From: Candidatus Limivicinus sp.
Lineage (GTDB): Bacteria; Bacillota; Clostridia; Oscillospirales; Oscillospiraceae
NCBI GenBank assembly: GCA_045599525.1
Contig: JAZRWD010000032.1
Location: 1,633 to 65,632 of the forward strand
Direction: 5' to 3'
DNA length: 64,000 bases
Position numbers and translations under genes: made by a program. The notes beneath the pieces were generated by a model, which had not been told where the DNA came from, ran no database searches, and worked only from the letters and a program-made list of their open reading frames with translations. Shown piece after piece: positions 27,297-37,899 of this stretch (positions are counted from its first letter, which is position 1; each line of letters opens with the position of its first letter).

Positions 27297-28520
27297 TCAA
27301 CCACCAAAGACAGAAAGCAGGAAACCTGCAGCGATTGCCGAACCAATAACACCGGCCACATTGGGGCCCATTGCATGCATCAGAAGATAATTAGACTTGT
27401 TATACTTCCGTCCAACATCCTGTGCAACTCGGGCTGCCATAGGTACCGCAGACACACCGGCAGAACCAATCAGCGGGTTAATTCTTTTCCCGGAACCATA
27501 GTACATTGCAATCCCGCCAAGAAGACCACCAATCGTCGAAATTGAAAATGCAATTAGACCAAGAATAATAATTTTAATCGTGTTCAGACTCAGGAAGTTC
27601 TGCGCAACCATTGTTGCACCGACAGAAGTCGCCAGGAAAATGGTGATAATATTCATCAGTGCGTTCTGTGCAGTATCTGACAGCCGGTCCGTTACCCCAC
27701 TCTCGCGGAAAAGGTTACCCAGCATTAAGCAACCGATCAGCGGAGCCGTAGAGGGCAGAAGTAGAATGACAAAGGTAGAAACGACAATGGGGAAAACAAT
27801 TTTTTCGGTTTTGGATACCTCTCTTGCCTGAACCATCTTCACCTTACGCATCTCTTCTGTCGTCAGCAGCTTCATCAGCGGGGGTTGAATCAGCGGAATC
27901 AATGCCATATATGAGTATGCTGCTATCGCAATTGGTCCAAGAAGCTCCGGCGCCAGTTTCGTCGTAATGTAAATTGCCGTCGGGCCATCCGCACCGCCGA
28001 TGATGCCGATGGAGGCTGCCTGCGGGCCGGTAAACCCGAGACAGACCGCACCAAAGAAAGCAACGAAAACGCCGAGCTGTGCCGCTGCTCCGAGCAGAAG
28101 ACTTTTAGGGTTAGCCAGAAGCGGGCCAAAGTCCGTCATTGCGCCAACGCCCATAAAGATCAGAGAAGGATATATGCCGGCTTTTACGCCAATGTAGAAA
28201 AAATCCAAAAGTCCGGCATGTGACATAATGTGTCCGTAGCTATGATAATACGGCCCTGACGCATCCAAAAAAGCTTCCCAGAGTTCCGGATGGTACAGTG
28301 CATTTTCACCCATGCCCAGAAAATAGCTCAGGTTTGTCAGCAGACAGCCAAAAGCAATACCGCAAAGCAGCAAGGGCTCGAACTTTTTTTTGATGCCCAG
28401 GTAAAGCAGAACAAAAGCGATCAGAATCATTGCGATATTCTTCCAGCCACCAACGGTGGTAAAGAATGCCGCAAAACCGGATTCGAGCGCCAGTTTCTGC
28501 AGGGTTCCCAGTATATCCAT
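27297..28520 (-). CDS. oadB: Na+-translocating decarboxylase beta subunit
   Basis: Polytopic protein. [16 protein letters not shown]...[26 protein letters not shown] and [15 protein letters not shown] are present. The ATG at 28520 follows GGAGG. Confidence 0.9.
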   Translation of the reverse strand: MDILGTLQKLALESGFAAFFTTVGGWKNIAMILIAFVLLYLGIKKKFEPLLLCGIAFGCLLTNLSYFLGMGENALYHPELWEAFLDASGPYYHSYGHIMSHAGLLDFFYIGVKAGIYPSLIFMGVGAMTDFGPLLANPKSLLLGAAAQLGVFVAFFGAVCLGFTGPQAASIGIIGGADGPTAIYITTKLAPELLGPIAIAAYSYMALIPLIQPPLMKLLTTEEMRKVKMVQAREVSKTEKIVFPIVVSTFVILLLPSTAPLIGCLMLGNLFRESGVTDRLSDTAQNALMNIITIFLATSVGATMVAQNFLSLNTIKIIILGLIAFSISTIGGLLGGIAMYYGSGKRINPLIGSAGVSAVPMAARVAQDVGRKYNKSNYLLMHAMGPNVAGVIGSAIAAGFLLSVFGG

Positions 28521-28530
28521 TGCCGCCTCC

Positions 28531-28917
28531 TTATGCGATGTACACAAGAGGCGTACCGGTCTCCACAACCTGACCCTTGGATACTGCAATCTGAGAGATT
28601 GTACCGGACTTGGAGGCAGTGATCTCATTTTCCATCTTCATGGCTTCCAGGATCATAATCACATCGCCCTCATTTACCTTCTGGCCCTGAGTAACGTTGA
28701 TTTTCAGAATGTTTCCGGGCATAGGACTCTTTACCGCATCTCCGGCGCCAGCTGCAGCAGGTGCTGCGGATGCTGAGGGAGCTGCAGAAACCTGGGTAGC
28801 TTGGGCAACAGGAGCTGCAGCAGGAGCCTTCAGTTCATACTCGTCCATCAACATAGCCTCGCCCTGCTCAACCTCTACCTCGTACACACGATTGTTCAAA
28901 GTCACTTTATATTTCAT
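28531..28917 (-). CDS. Stand-alone biotin carboxyl carrier subunit of the decarboxylase
   Basis: A/P-rich linker followed by a biotinyl domain with the EAMKME attachment motif. The ATG at 28917 follows AAGGAGA. Confidence 0.85.
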   Translation of the reverse strand: MKYKVTLNNRVYEVEVEQGEAMLMDEYELKAPAAAPVAQATQVSAAPSASAAPAAAGAGDAVKSPMPGNILKINVTQGQKVNEGDVIMILEAMKMENEITASKSGTISQIAVSKGQVVETGTPLVYIA

Positions 28918-28918
28918 A

Positions 28919-29260
28919 TTATTTGATCTCCTTGATAGAAATAAAGCGCAGTTCATTTAGCGGCTTACCCAGAGTGTCGGCAACAATAGCCATACACATT
29001 GCTGCCTCACGCGGGTCTGTATCATAGAGCTTCAGTTCACCGGCCGTTCCCGATGCGGGCTCAGCCTTAGCTGCCGCAGCTGCAGGCGCAGGCGCGGGCT
29101 CGCTTTGCGTCGCAGAAGCAGACCTGGCTGCATTGCGAACCATGATCCTTCCCATACACATAACAACCAGCATCAGGAGCACAAGGCCAAAGAAGACGAC
29201 CAGATACCCAAGTAAAGCGGTTATCGAAGCGTTGGCAATAGTAATATTTACGGTGTCCAT
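28919..29260 (-). CDS. oadG: OadG-like gamma subunit (single-TM anchor)
   Basis: 113 aa. N-terminal TM helix ITALLGYLVVFFGLVLLMLVVMCMG followed by an Ala/Pro-rich linker. It sits between the alpha and biotin-carrier genes. Confidence 0.7.
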   Translation of the reverse strand: MDTVNITIANASITALLGYLVVFFGLVLLMLVVMCMGRIMVRNAARSASATQSEPAPAPAAAAAKAEPASGTAGELKLYDTDPREAAMCMAIVADTLGKPLNELRFISIKEIK

Positions 29261-29263
29261 ATG

Positions 29264-30646
29264 TCAGGCCTCCGTAATGGAGTAGCGCACCTTGCGTTCC
29301 TCACGTGCCTTACGTTTTGCAAAGAAATCCTCAGCAACCGGTGGGAAAGCGATGTAACTCAGTACATCCTCTTCGCAACGGGCTGTTTCGCCCAGATACT
29401 CAGCGGCTTTTTCATACGTGTCTGAAGGAAGGCTTTCCGCATAGCGACCGGTAATCGGTGCTTCACCCTTCAGTATCTTTGCCTGTACCTCGGGATCAAT
29501 TGGGGCCGGAGTTTTGCCATACTCGCCTCTGCAGTATGCCTTAAGCTCAGCACCGACGTTTTTGTAACGCTCTCCGGCAAGTACGTTCTGCACGGCCTGT
29601 GTGCCGATAAGCTGGCTGGTCGGAGTTACCAGCGGCGGATAGCCCATATCCTTGCGAACACGCGGTGTCTCCTGAAGAGCTTCCTCAAACTTATCCTCTG
29701 CCTTTAGCATCTTCAGCTGGCTGAGAAGATTCGAGAGCATACCGCCGGGAATCTGATAGTTCAGGCACTGTGTATCCGTTGTGAGCGAGATGGGGTTAAG
29801 CGTACCATCGGCAATGTACTCCGCTCGAACGCCCTTGAAATAGTCAGCCATCCGGTAAAGGAGCTCTTCGTTCAGAGAGGTTTCGTAACCCATCTCCTTC
29901 AGGCACACATTCAGGGTTTCCGTTGCCGGCTGAGAGGTGCCGCCGGAGAAGGGAGAAATAGCTGTATCGATAACATCCGCACCGGCTTCAACGGCCTTGA
30001 GGTAAGTCATAAACGCAGTACCTGTCGTGCTGTGGGTATGGACAACGACCGGCAGATCTACAGAATCCTTAATCGCGGAAACCAGTTCATATGCTGCCTG
30101 CGGGGTCAGAATGCCGGCCATATCTTTGATGCAGATCGTACCCGCTCCCATTTCCGCCAATTCCTTAACCATAGAAACATACTTTTTCAGCGTATGAACC
30201 GGGCTGGTGGTGTAAGAAATGGCCGCAGAAGCCAGAGCTCCGGATGCTACTGTCTCTTCGATGGCGACTTTCAGATTATTGGTATCGTTCAGTGCGTCAA
30301 ATATGCGAATAATGTCGATGCCGTTTCGGACAGAAGCCCGAACAAAACGGCGCACCACATCGTCCGAATAATGCTTGTACCCCAAAATGTTCTGTCCGCG
30401 AAGCAGCATCTGCAGCTTTGTATTGGGCATAGCAGCCCGAATCTTGCGCAGGCGTTCCCAGGGATCTTCATTTAGAAAGCGGAGGCAAACGTCAAACGTT
30501 GCGCCGCCCCAGCACTCCACGGAGTAAAATCCCGCCTGGTCAATGGTCTGCAGCATGGGCTCGAACTTTTCAAAGCTCAGCCGTGTAGCGATCAGCGACT
30601 GGTTTGCATCACGCAAAACAGTTTCAGTGAATTCTACTTTTTTCAT
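29264..30646 (-). CDS. oadA: Oxaloacetate decarboxylase alpha subunit (carboxyltransferase, 5S-type) without a biotin domain
   Basis: MKKVEFTETVLRDANQSLIATRL...ECWGGATFD...HTHSTTGTA. The ATG is at 30646. Confidence 0.9.
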   Translation of the reverse strand: MKKVEFTETVLRDANQSLIATRLSFEKFEPMLQTIDQAGFYSVECWGGATFDVCLRFLNEDPWERLRKIRAAMPNTKLQMLLRGQNILGYKHYSDDVVRRFVRASVRNGIDIIRIFDALNDTNNLKVAIEETVASGALASAAISYTTSPVHTLKKYVSMVKELAEMGAGTICIKDMAGILTPQAAYELVSAIKDSVDLPVVVHTHSTTGTAFMTYLKAVEAGADVIDTAISPFSGGTSQPATETLNVCLKEMGYETSLNEELLYRMADYFKGVRAEYIADGTLNPISLTTDTQCLNYQIPGGMLSNLLSQLKMLKAEDKFEEALQETPRVRKDMGYPPLVTPTSQLIGTQAVQNVLAGERYKNVGAELKAYCRGEYGKTPAPIDPEVQAKILKGEAPITGRYAESLPSDTYEKAAEYLGETARCEEDVLSYIAFPPVAEDFFAKRKAREERKVRYSITEA

Positions 30647-30725
30647 CCAGATCCTTCTTTCCATATTAGTTTAAATCTCTGAACAATGAACCTTAGGGCG
30701 TTGCCTCTCAAAAAACCGTTGCAGG

Positions 30726-31316
30726 TCACACACTAGCCAAAATTCTCGAGATCAGTTTTTCCTTATTAAACCTAGTTTCTGCAGAAAACGGAATAATATC
30801 GACGCTTTCCGGCAATTTTAAAGTCTCCCGAATCAAAGCAAGATTGCTCTCGATCTCGGATTTTTTACATTTATCAATTTTGTTCGCCACGACAACAAAA
30901 GCATGACCGCAGTTCAGAAAATACTCGGCCATCACGACATCGTCAGCCGTTGGTTTATGCCTTGCGTCGACAATGAACACACCCAGATCCATCATGTCCG
31001 GCGTCTGGAAATACTCTTCCATCAAACGCCCCCAGCGTTCCTTCTCCGACTGTGATACTTTGGCATAGCCATATCCGGGCAAATCGATCAGATAAAGCCT
31101 GCCATCAATGCAGAAATAATTGACATGCACAGTTTTTCCCGGCTGTGCGCCTACTTTCGCAAAGTTCTTCCGATTCAGGATGCAGTTGATTACCGAGGAT
31201 TTGCCAACATTAGATTTTCCGGCAAATGCAACCTTCGGTGCAGATGTACGAATAAACTGTTTTGCTGCTGCCGCTGACCGGATAAACTCTGCCTTATTCA
31301 AATTAATCTCTGCCAT
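30726..31316 (-). CDS. engB: Ribosome biogenesis GTPase YsxC/EngB
   Basis: FAGKSNVGKSSVINCIL (G1 motif), LIDLPGYGYAKV, and VVANKIDK. Confidence 0.9.
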   Translation of the reverse strand: MAEINLNKAEFIRSAAAAKQFIRTSAPKVAFAGKSNVGKSSVINCILNRKNFAKVGAQPGKTVHVNYFCIDGRLYLIDLPGYGYAKVSQSEKERWGRLMEEYFQTPDMMDLGVFIVDARHKPTADDVVMAEYFLNCGHAFVVVANKIDKCKKSEIESNLALIRETLKLPESVDIIPFSAETRFNKEKLISRILASV

Positions 31317-31319
31317 GCT

Positions 31320-33752
31320 TCACGCTCTGTTCTCTGCGAAATTATTGCCGTTCGTCTGAATAGAAGTTGTGATTGCTTCCGTTGCCTCTGAATACGGCAT
31401 CTGCATTACCGTACAATTCAGAGGATTCCTGACGAAAACCGTATCCAGCGCTTCGTCAAGATGGCCAACCGGTACGAAATGCAGCCCTCCGCGAACGGTC
31501 TGATCAATTTTTGCCAGGTCCGGTTCATTTTCCCTGGGAATGATAACGTCCTTCATACCTGTACGCAGGGCCGCCATCGTTTTCTCGCGCAAACCGCCAA
31601 TGGCCATAATATTTCCACGTAGATTAATCTCCCCTGTCATGCAAACATCCTGCCGTACGGGAATCCCGGTAAGTGCCGATATCAGTGCCATCGTGATGGT
31701 AATACCGGCTGAAGGGCCATCTTTCGGTACCGCTGCTTCCGGGAAATGAATGTGGATGTCTTTAGTGGAGTAAAAATCTTTTTTCAGGCCAAACTGTTCT
31801 GCACGGCTGCGGATATAAGTCATTGCATATCGAACGGACTCTTTCATCACGTCACCAAGATTGCCGGTTACTTCGAGCTTTCCTGTCCCGTCGACTACAG
31901 CAACCTCGACATCGAGCACCTCGCCGCCAACGGATGTATAGGCCAGACCTCGCACGACGCCGACTTCCGGTGCCTTACGTTTTTCGTCGGGTTTGAACTT
32001 AGCCGGTCCCAGCAGACTTTCGAGCTTTGCCGGTGTCACATTCAGTGCCTTGAAATCTTCCCTGGCAATTCCGGTTGCCGCTTTACGACAGACTGCTGCA
32101 ATTTCCCGCTCCAGCCCGCGAACACCGGACTCCCGCGTGTAACCGGTAATGATTCCACGGATTGCGGCATCGTTGATCTTAACCTGCGTCGGTTTTAACC
32201 CATGCTTCTTTTTCTGCTTTGTGAGCAGGTGCTGTTTTGTAATCTGCAGCTTTTCTTCATCCGTATAACTGCTGAGTGAAATGACTTCCATACGGTCAAG
32301 CAAAGGACGGGGTATCGTATCCATATTGTTGGCTGTTGCGATAAAAAAGACTTCAGAAAGGTCAAAGGGAATCTCAAGGAAGTGATCCCGGAATGTCCCG
32401 TTCTGTTCTCCGTCAAGGACCTCCAGCAGCGCTGCCGAAGGGTCTCCTTTATAATCGGAGCCAAGCTTATCGATCTCATCCAGAACCATAAGCGGGTTAC
32501 AGCTTCCTGCCTGAACAATACCGTTGATAATTCGTCCGGGCATTGCTCCCACATAAGTCTTCCGATGGCCGCGGATTTCGGCCTCATCGTGTACACCGCC
32601 AAGGGATACGCGGACCAGTTTACGGTTCACTGCACGGGCCACACTCATTGCGATGCTGGTCTTTCCTGTACCCGGTGGTCCGACAAGGCAGATGAGACCG
32701 CCCCTGATGTCCGGTGACAGCTTGCGAACGGCAAGGAATTCAAGAATACGGTCTTTTACTTCCTGCAGGCCAAAATGGTCTTCATCCAGGATTCGCTCTG
32801 CTTTTGCCAGGTCGATCGTTTCCTCTGTACGAATCCCCCACGGAAGTTCAAGGCAGGTATCCAGATATGTGCGTATCACTGCTGCTTCTGAGGATCCGAA
32901 CGGCTGTTTGCTGAGGCGCTTTACTTCTTTCTGCAGTTTTTCTTTGCTTTCCTGTGGGATGGCAGACTCGTTGATCTTCGTTCGGTAATACTCGACATCA
33001 TCGGTGTCATCATCCTCGCCAAGTTCTGCCCGGATGGCTTTCATTTCCTCTCGCAGGTAGTATTCCCGCTGCTCTTTGTTCATTGCTTCCTGTGTCCTGG
33101 AGCTGATTTGCTTTTCATACTCCAGCACATGCAATTCACGGACCAACAGCTTTGCCAGCAGTTCCAGCCGTTTGGACGGACGCAATTCCTCCAGAACCTT
33201 TTGCCGCAGCTCAACGTCGATGCGAAGATTCTGGGAAATGTAGTTTGTCACAAAGCCAGGCTCAGGGTTGGCCAGCACATTCAGGATCTGATCGTTGACC
33301 GCATCGGGAACCTCCTGCAGATAATCCTCAAACAGGGTAACACAATTTCGCAGAAGAGCTTCCATCTTTTCAGAGGAAACACGTTCGGTTTTATCCGGCA
33401 GACTTGTCACAAATCCTGTCAGCTCACCGGACTTCTGTTTTTCCCAGTCAATCAGTTCCGCACGGCTCAATCCTTCTACCATCACACGGCAGAGATTTCC
33501 CTTTGGCTGCCGAATCTGCTGACGGATTCGGCAGATGGTACCTACACGGTAAATATCATTTCCGTCCGGTTCTTCCACATTAAAATCCTTCTGTGCGGAC
33601 AGAAAAATCAGACTGTTGTGCCGGAGAGCGTCTCCCATAGCGGCATGAGACATAGAACGTTCCACGTCAAATGTCATCAATGTCTCTGGGAAGACATTTA
33701 CTCCACGGAGAGCCAGAATCGGCATATGAACATTTTCAAAAAACTGCTGCAT
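31320..33752 (-). CDS. lon: ATP-dependent Lon protease (LonA)
   Basis: 810 aa. LVGPPGTGKTS Walker A, and the protease motif DGPSAGITITMAL. Confidence 0.95.
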   Translation of the reverse strand: MQQFFENVHMPILALRGVNVFPETLMTFDVERSMSHAAMGDALRHNSLIFLSAQKDFNVEEPDGNDIYRVGTICRIRQQIRQPKGNLCRVMVEGLSRAELIDWEKQKSGELTGFVTSLPDKTERVSSEKMEALLRNCVTLFEDYLQEVPDAVNDQILNVLANPEPGFVTNYISQNLRIDVELRQKVLEELRPSKRLELLAKLLVRELHVLEYEKQISSRTQEAMNKEQREYYLREEMKAIRAELGEDDDTDDVEYYRTKINESAIPQESKEKLQKEVKRLSKQPFGSSEAAVIRTYLDTCLELPWGIRTEETIDLAKAERILDEDHFGLQEVKDRILEFLAVRKLSPDIRGGLICLVGPPGTGKTSIAMSVARAVNRKLVRVSLGGVHDEAEIRGHRKTYVGAMPGRIINGIVQAGSCNPLMVLDEIDKLGSDYKGDPSAALLEVLDGEQNGTFRDHFLEIPFDLSEVFFIATANNMDTIPRPLLDRMEVISLSSYTDEEKLQITKQHLLTKQKKKHGLKPTQVKINDAAIRGIITGYTRESGVRGLEREIAAVCRKAATGIAREDFKALNVTPAKLESLLGPAKFKPDEKRKAPEVGVVRGLAYTSVGGEVLDVEVAVVDGTGKLEVTGNLGDVMKESVRYAMTYIRSRAEQFGLKKDFYSTKDIHIHFPEAAVPKDGPSAGITITMALISALTGIPVRQDVCMTGEINLRGNIMAIGGLREKTMAALRTGMKDVIIPRENEPDLAKIDQTVRGGLHFVPVGHLDEALDTVFVRNPLNCTVMQMPYSEATEAITTSIQTNGNNFAENRA

Positions 33753-33795
33753 GGTCTATTTCCTTTGCATTTCCCGCAATAAGCGGCTCCTGTAA

Positions 33796-35043
33796 TCAGG
33801 ATCTGTGGTGTATTTCCGGTGCTGTGCCGTTTGCTGCACACTCACCGGTTATAATAACTTTATCAATTGTGCTGTCAGACGGAACATCGTACATAACTGG
33901 GGTCAGAATACTTTCCATCACGCTGCGCAGGCCTCTGGCACCGATCTTCATCTCGATTGCCCGGTCAGCCACGGCTTCCAACGCCCCCTGTTCAAAGACA
34001 AGCTCAACATTATCCAGGCCCATCAAAGCTTTATACTGACGGGTCAAAGCGTTTTTCGGCTCTGTAAGAATACGAACCAGGTCATCTCTACCCAGGGAAT
34101 CCAGTGAGCAGACAACCGGCATACGACCGATCAGTTCGGGGATAATACCGAATTTCAGCAGATCTTTCTGCTGAACCTCTCGAAAGAGCTCTCCCACATC
34201 TCTGTCTGCCGCACGGGTGATTTCTGCCCCAAAGCCCATGCTCTTACGGTCCGTTCTGCGAGCAATGATCTTATCCAAACCATCAAATGCGCCACCACAG
34301 ATAAAGAGAATATTGGTCGTGTCCACCTTGATGAACTCCTGCTGTGGGTGCTTCCGCCCACCGTGGGGAGGAACATTTGCAACCGTACCCTCCAGCATTT
34401 TCAGCAATGCCTGCTGAACACCCTCGCCTGAAACATCCCTGGTAATCGAGGTGTTTTCGCTTTTGCGGGCAATTTTATCTATTTCGTCGATATAAATGAT
34501 ACCGCGCTGGGCACGTTCAACGTCAAAATCCGCCGCCTGAAGTAGTTTCAGGATGACGTTTTCCACGTCCTCGCCAACATAGCCGGCTTCCGTCAGAGTC
34601 GTCGCATCTGCAATTGCGAATGGTACGTCCAGCTGACGGGCAAGAGTCTGTGCAAACAGAGTTTTTCCGCTTCCGGTAGGACCAATCAGCAGAATGTTAC
34701 TCTTCTGCAGCTCCACGTCTTCGCTGCCCAGGTGCATAATTCGTTTGTAATGATTGTAAACCGCTACAGACAGTGCAACCTTCGCCCGTTCCTGGCCAAC
34801 AATGTATTGATCCAGATGTGCTTTCAGCTGCTTTGGCTTCGGCAGACGCTCGAATGCGAGCGGAAGCTCCTCCGCCATGCCGGTTGATTTTGAACTTTCC
34901 TCTTCCTCTTCCACAATGTTCATGCACATACGCACACACTCATCACAGATAAAGGTTCCGTTGCCGGCAATCATCCGGTTTGCAAGAGACTGCGGTTTCC
35001 CGCAAAAAGAGCAACGGATGCTTCTTCCTTCCGATTTTGCCAT
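33796..35043 (-). CDS. clpX: ATP-dependent Clp protease ATP-binding subunit ClpX
   Basis: Zinc finger CSFCGK...[14 protein letters not shown], and IYIDEIDKI. The ATG at 35043 follows GGAGAA. Confidence 0.95.
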   Translation of the reverse strand: MAKSEGRSIRCSFCGKPQSLANRMIAGNGTFICDECVRMCMNIVEEEEESSKSTGMAEELPLAFERLPKPKQLKAHLDQYIVGQERAKVALSVAVYNHYKRIMHLGSEDVELQKSNILLIGPTGSGKTLFAQTLARQLDVPFAIADATTLTEAGYVGEDVENVILKLLQAADFDVERAQRGIIYIDEIDKIARKSENTSITRDVSGEGVQQALLKMLEGTVANVPPHGGRKHPQQEFIKVDTTNILFICGGAFDGLDKIIARRTDRKSMGFGAEITRAADRDVGELFREVQQKDLLKFGIIPELIGRMPVVCSLDSLGRDDLVRILTEPKNALTRQYKALMGLDNVELVFEQGALEAVADRAIEMKIGARGLRSVMESILTPVMYDVPSDSTIDKVIITGECAANGTAPEIHHRS

Positions 35044-35116
35044 AGTTTTCTCCAAAAAATGTAATTCTGCAAAATGCAATAAGGGAGGGGACGATCGTCC
35101 CCCCCAATAATGCGAC

Positions 35117-35698
35117 TCAGCGTCTGTAAATAACTTTATCGATGAGGCCGTACTCGCAGGCTTCTTCCGCGCTCATGTAATTGTCACGCTCACAGTCGCG
35201 TTCAATTACTTCGACCGGCTTGCCGGTGTTTTCGGCAAGGATATTATTCAGGCGATGCTTGATCTTCAGGATCTGTTCAGCCTGAATCTGAATATCCGTA
35301 CACTGGCCACGGCTACCGCCGGAGGGCTGGTGAATCATAATCTCGGCATTTGGCAGGGCTATACGTTTGCCCTTAGCACCGGAGGAAAGCAGGAATGCAC
35401 CCATGGACGCTGCCAGGCCAACGCAGATTGTGGATACATCCGGCTTAATATACTGCATTGTATCATAAATTGCCAGACCGGCAGACACACTTCCGCCAGG
35501 GCTATTGATATAAAACTGGATATCCTTTTCAGGATCCTGTGCTTCCAGATACAGCAGCTGTGCAACGATCAGGCTGGCAGTGGCATCGTTTACCTCTTCC
35601 GACAGCATAATGATGCGGTCGTTCAACAAGCGGGAGAAGATGTCATAGGAGCGCTCACCGCGGCTGGTCTGCTCTACAACGTAAGGTACCAGGCTCAT
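35117..35698 (-). CDS. clpP: ATP-dependent Clp protease proteolytic subunit
   Basis: [22 protein letters not shown]...[11 protein letters not shown]...MIHQPSGG. Confidence 0.95.
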   Translation of the reverse strand: MSLVPYVVEQTSRGERSYDIFSRLLNDRIIMLSEEVNDATASLIVAQLLYLEAQDPEKDIQFYINSPGGSVSAGLAIYDTMQYIKPDVSTICVGLAASMGAFLLSSGAKGKRIALPNAEIMIHQPSGGSRGQCTDIQIQAEQILKIKHRLNNILAENTGKPVEVIERDCERDNYMSAEEACEYGLIDKVIYRR

Positions 35699-35713
35699 GG
35701 CAATTCCCCGTTC

Positions 35714-37009
35714 TTATTCAGCCTTCTCAGTAACAACTGCGCTGTCGACGATCAGATTCTGTGCCTGCTCCTTAACGAGTTCAGCCTTAATGTATGCCTC
35801 GCCAAAGTAGTTCTTCAGTTCTTCTTCCTTTGCGCCGGTCTGCTCGCAGAGACGGGCAACATAGGCAGTCAGCTCTTCTTCAGTGGGCTCAAGGTTTTCT
35901 GCCTTGGCAACTGCCTCGACCAGAAGGTCAGACTTGACCTGGAACTCTGCACCCGGACGGACAGAGGTAGCCAGAGTGTCCTTATCCAGACCCATCATGC
36001 TGCAAATCTGTTCGAAGCTGTACTGGCTGGGATTCATGCCAAAGTTTGCTGCATAATTATAGATAACATCCTTGACTTTTTCGTCGATCATCACAGCAGG
36101 GACAGTGACCTTCATATTATCGATTGCGGCCTGCATAACGTCGTTACGCTTTGCAGCATCTGCTGCGTTCTGGCGCTGTTTGGTGAGCTCTTCCTTCACG
36201 CTGGCCTTGTACTCTGCCAGAGTATCGAACTCGGAAACGTCTTTTGCAAATTCATCGTCGAGCTCAGGCAGCTCGGGAACGGTGATTTCGTTGACCTTAA
36301 CCTTGAATACAACAGCCTTGCCTGCGAGCTCAGCGGTATAGTCTTCAGGGAAGGTGATGTCGATATCCTTCTCTTCGCCAGTCTGCATGCCGACGATCTG
36401 ATCTTCAAAGCCGGGGACAAAAGAGCCGGAGCCGAGCTCGAGCTCGTGGCCTTCTGCCTTGCCGCCTTCAAACTGCTCTCCGTTCAGATAGCCGTCAAAG
36501 TCGATATTAACGGTATCGCCCATCTGTGCTGCACGATCATCAACACTCAGCATTCTGGCGTTGTTCTTGCGGACGGATTCGACCTTTGCGTCAACATCTT
36601 CGTCCGTTACGACGACGGGGGCGACAGCAACTTCCAGGCCCTTGTACTGGCCAAGCTCAACTTCAGGATACAGGGCAACAGCAAAGGTAAACTCTGCAAC
36701 GGGTTCCTCGGTGATGTTGACGTCTACGATAGACGGACCACCAACAAACTTGATTTCCTTCTCTGCGACAGCGAAATCAAAGCAGGGCTGAGCCAGCTCA
36801 TCCAGAGCATCCTGGTAGAAAACTTCTTTGCCGTACATATTTTCAACGATCTTCCGGGGAGCCTTGCCCTTGCGGAAGCCGGGGATTGCAATGTTCTTCT
36901 TAGCCTTAATATATGCACCGTTTACAGCTGCTTCAAACTCGGCAGCATCGGTAGCGACGGAGATACGAGCGGTATTGTCTTCGTTCTTTTCGTAATTCTT
37001 AACAATCAT
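35714..37009 (-). CDS. tig: Trigger factor
   Basis: IPGFRKGKAPRKIVE motif and an FKBP-type middle domain. The ATG at 37009 follows AGGAGG. It sits upstream of clpP-clpX-lon. Confidence 0.9.
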   Translation of the reverse strand: MIVKNYEKNEDNTARISVATDAAEFEAAVNGAYIKAKKNIAIPGFRKGKAPRKIVENMYGKEVFYQDALDELAQPCFDFAVAEKEIKFVGGPSIVDVNITEEPVAEFTFAVALYPEVELGQYKGLEVAVAPVVVTDEDVDAKVESVRKNNARMLSVDDRAAQMGDTVNIDFDGYLNGEQFEGGKAEGHELELGSGSFVPGFEDQIVGMQTGEEKDIDITFPEDYTAELAGKAVVFKVKVNEITVPELPELDDEFAKDVSEFDTLAEYKASVKEELTKQRQNAADAAKRNDVMQAAIDNMKVTVPAVMIDEKVKDVIYNYAANFGMNPSQYSFEQICSMMGLDKDTLATSVRPGAEFQVKSDLLVEAVAKAENLEPTEEELTAYVARLCEQTGAKEEELKNYFGEAYIKAELVKEQAQNLIVDSAVVTEKAE

Positions 37010-37143
37010 TTGGTGAAATCCTCCTATTAATGTGTATAAACGCACTGTTTTATATTAGCAGATAATCCATGCAAAATCAATGCTTTTTTCTGCTAATACT
37101 AAATTAATTCTTTCTGCCGCCCTCGTTTTCTTCGTTTCCGCCC

Positions 37144-37171
37144 TTGCGTTTCCTGCTAAAGATGCTATAAT
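37144..37171 (+). promoter_or_regulatory. Promoter of queT
   Basis: TTGCGT (37144-37149), 16 nt spacer ending in TGC, TATAAT (37166-37171). This leaves a ~90-nt leader before the ATG at 37268. Confidence 0.6.
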
Positions 37172-37267
37172 ACCTGCGACCGGTTTCCACACCCTGTCCA
37201 ACCGCGGTGTTTCACTGCGCTGTGCGGCACTTTCGCCGTACTCTAAACATAAAATGGAGGTTTCCTT

Positions 37268-37795
37268 ATGAGCAACTCCCCTACCCGCCTGCATAAGATT
37301 GCAATAGCTGCTGTCATCGCTGCATTGTATGCAGCTCTCACCATGATGCTGGCCCCAATCAGCTACGGTGCCGTACAGTGCCGCATTTCCGAAGCGCTCT
37401 GTATTCTCCCCTATTTTCTTCCCTGGAGCACATGGGGGCTTTTTGCCGGATGTTTTCTGGCAAATCTGATGACCGGAAATCTGATGGACATCATCTTCGG
37501 TTCTCTGGCGACTCTTCTGGCTGCTCTCTGTACAGCCGCGATTGGCCGCCGTTCTCACACCATGGTCAACAGTATCGTTGCCTGCGCCATGCCTGTCCTG
37601 TTTAATGCTTTCATCGTCGGTGCGGTCATCACCGGTGCCTACGAAGGGTTGAACATTCTCACTCATATGAGTGTTTTTCTTCTCAATGCTCTTTGGGTCG
37701 GGCTCGGTGAAGCCGTCTGCATGTACGCAATCGGGCTTCCGCTGATGCGCAACCTGCCCAAAGCTGCTTTTCTGAAAGACCGCTTGGCCGCTTAA
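37268..37795 (+). CDS. queT: Queuosine precursor transporter QueT (ECF S-component-like)
   Basis: 175 aa, multi-TM. IAIAAVIAALYAALTMMLAPISYGAVQCRISEALCILPYF matches my memory of the QueT family. Confidence 0.8.
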   Translation: MSNSPTRLHKIAIAAVIAALYAALTMMLAPISYGAVQCRISEALCILPYFLPWSTWGLFAGCFLANLMTGNLMDIIFGSLATLLAALCTAAIGRRSHTMVNSIVACAMPVLFNAFIVGAVITGAYEGLNILTHMSVFLLNALWVGLGEAVCMYAIGLPLMRNLPKAAFLKDRLAA

Positions 37796-37827
37796 TCAGG
37801 CAGTCTCTCGATTCGAATAACACGAAC

Positions 37828-37866
37828 GCCCTGAACTACGTGTGGAAGTTCAGGGCATTTTTGTTT
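37828..37866 (+). terminator. Intrinsic terminator after queT
   Basis: GCCCTGAACT (37828-37837) / AGTTCAGGGC (37847-37856), followed by ATTTTTGTTT. Confidence 0.8.
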
Positions 37867-37899
37867 GATGTACCGTATTCGTCCACCGCAGGCCTATGC

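Noticed and set aside
35255-37030. 591-aa plus-strand ORF spanning clpP and tig
   Set aside because: It lies exactly antisense to two very well supported genes and crosses their intergenic gap. The translation is repetitive L/V/D/G/C-rich with no motif. This is a typical shadow ORF produced by codon bias on the opposite strand.
37224-37260. Class I preQ1 aptamer (hairpin plus A-rich tail) upstream of queT
   Set aside because: The hairpin loop (ACUUUC) is too short to form the class I H-type pseudoknot, and the conserved loop residues are missing. It is kept only as an unresolved-class candidate in the findings.
37055-37666. 203-aa minus-strand ORF overlapping queT and its promoter
   Set aside because: It is antisense to a clean multi-TM QueT homologue and runs through the tig/queT divergent promoter region. 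It has no RBS.
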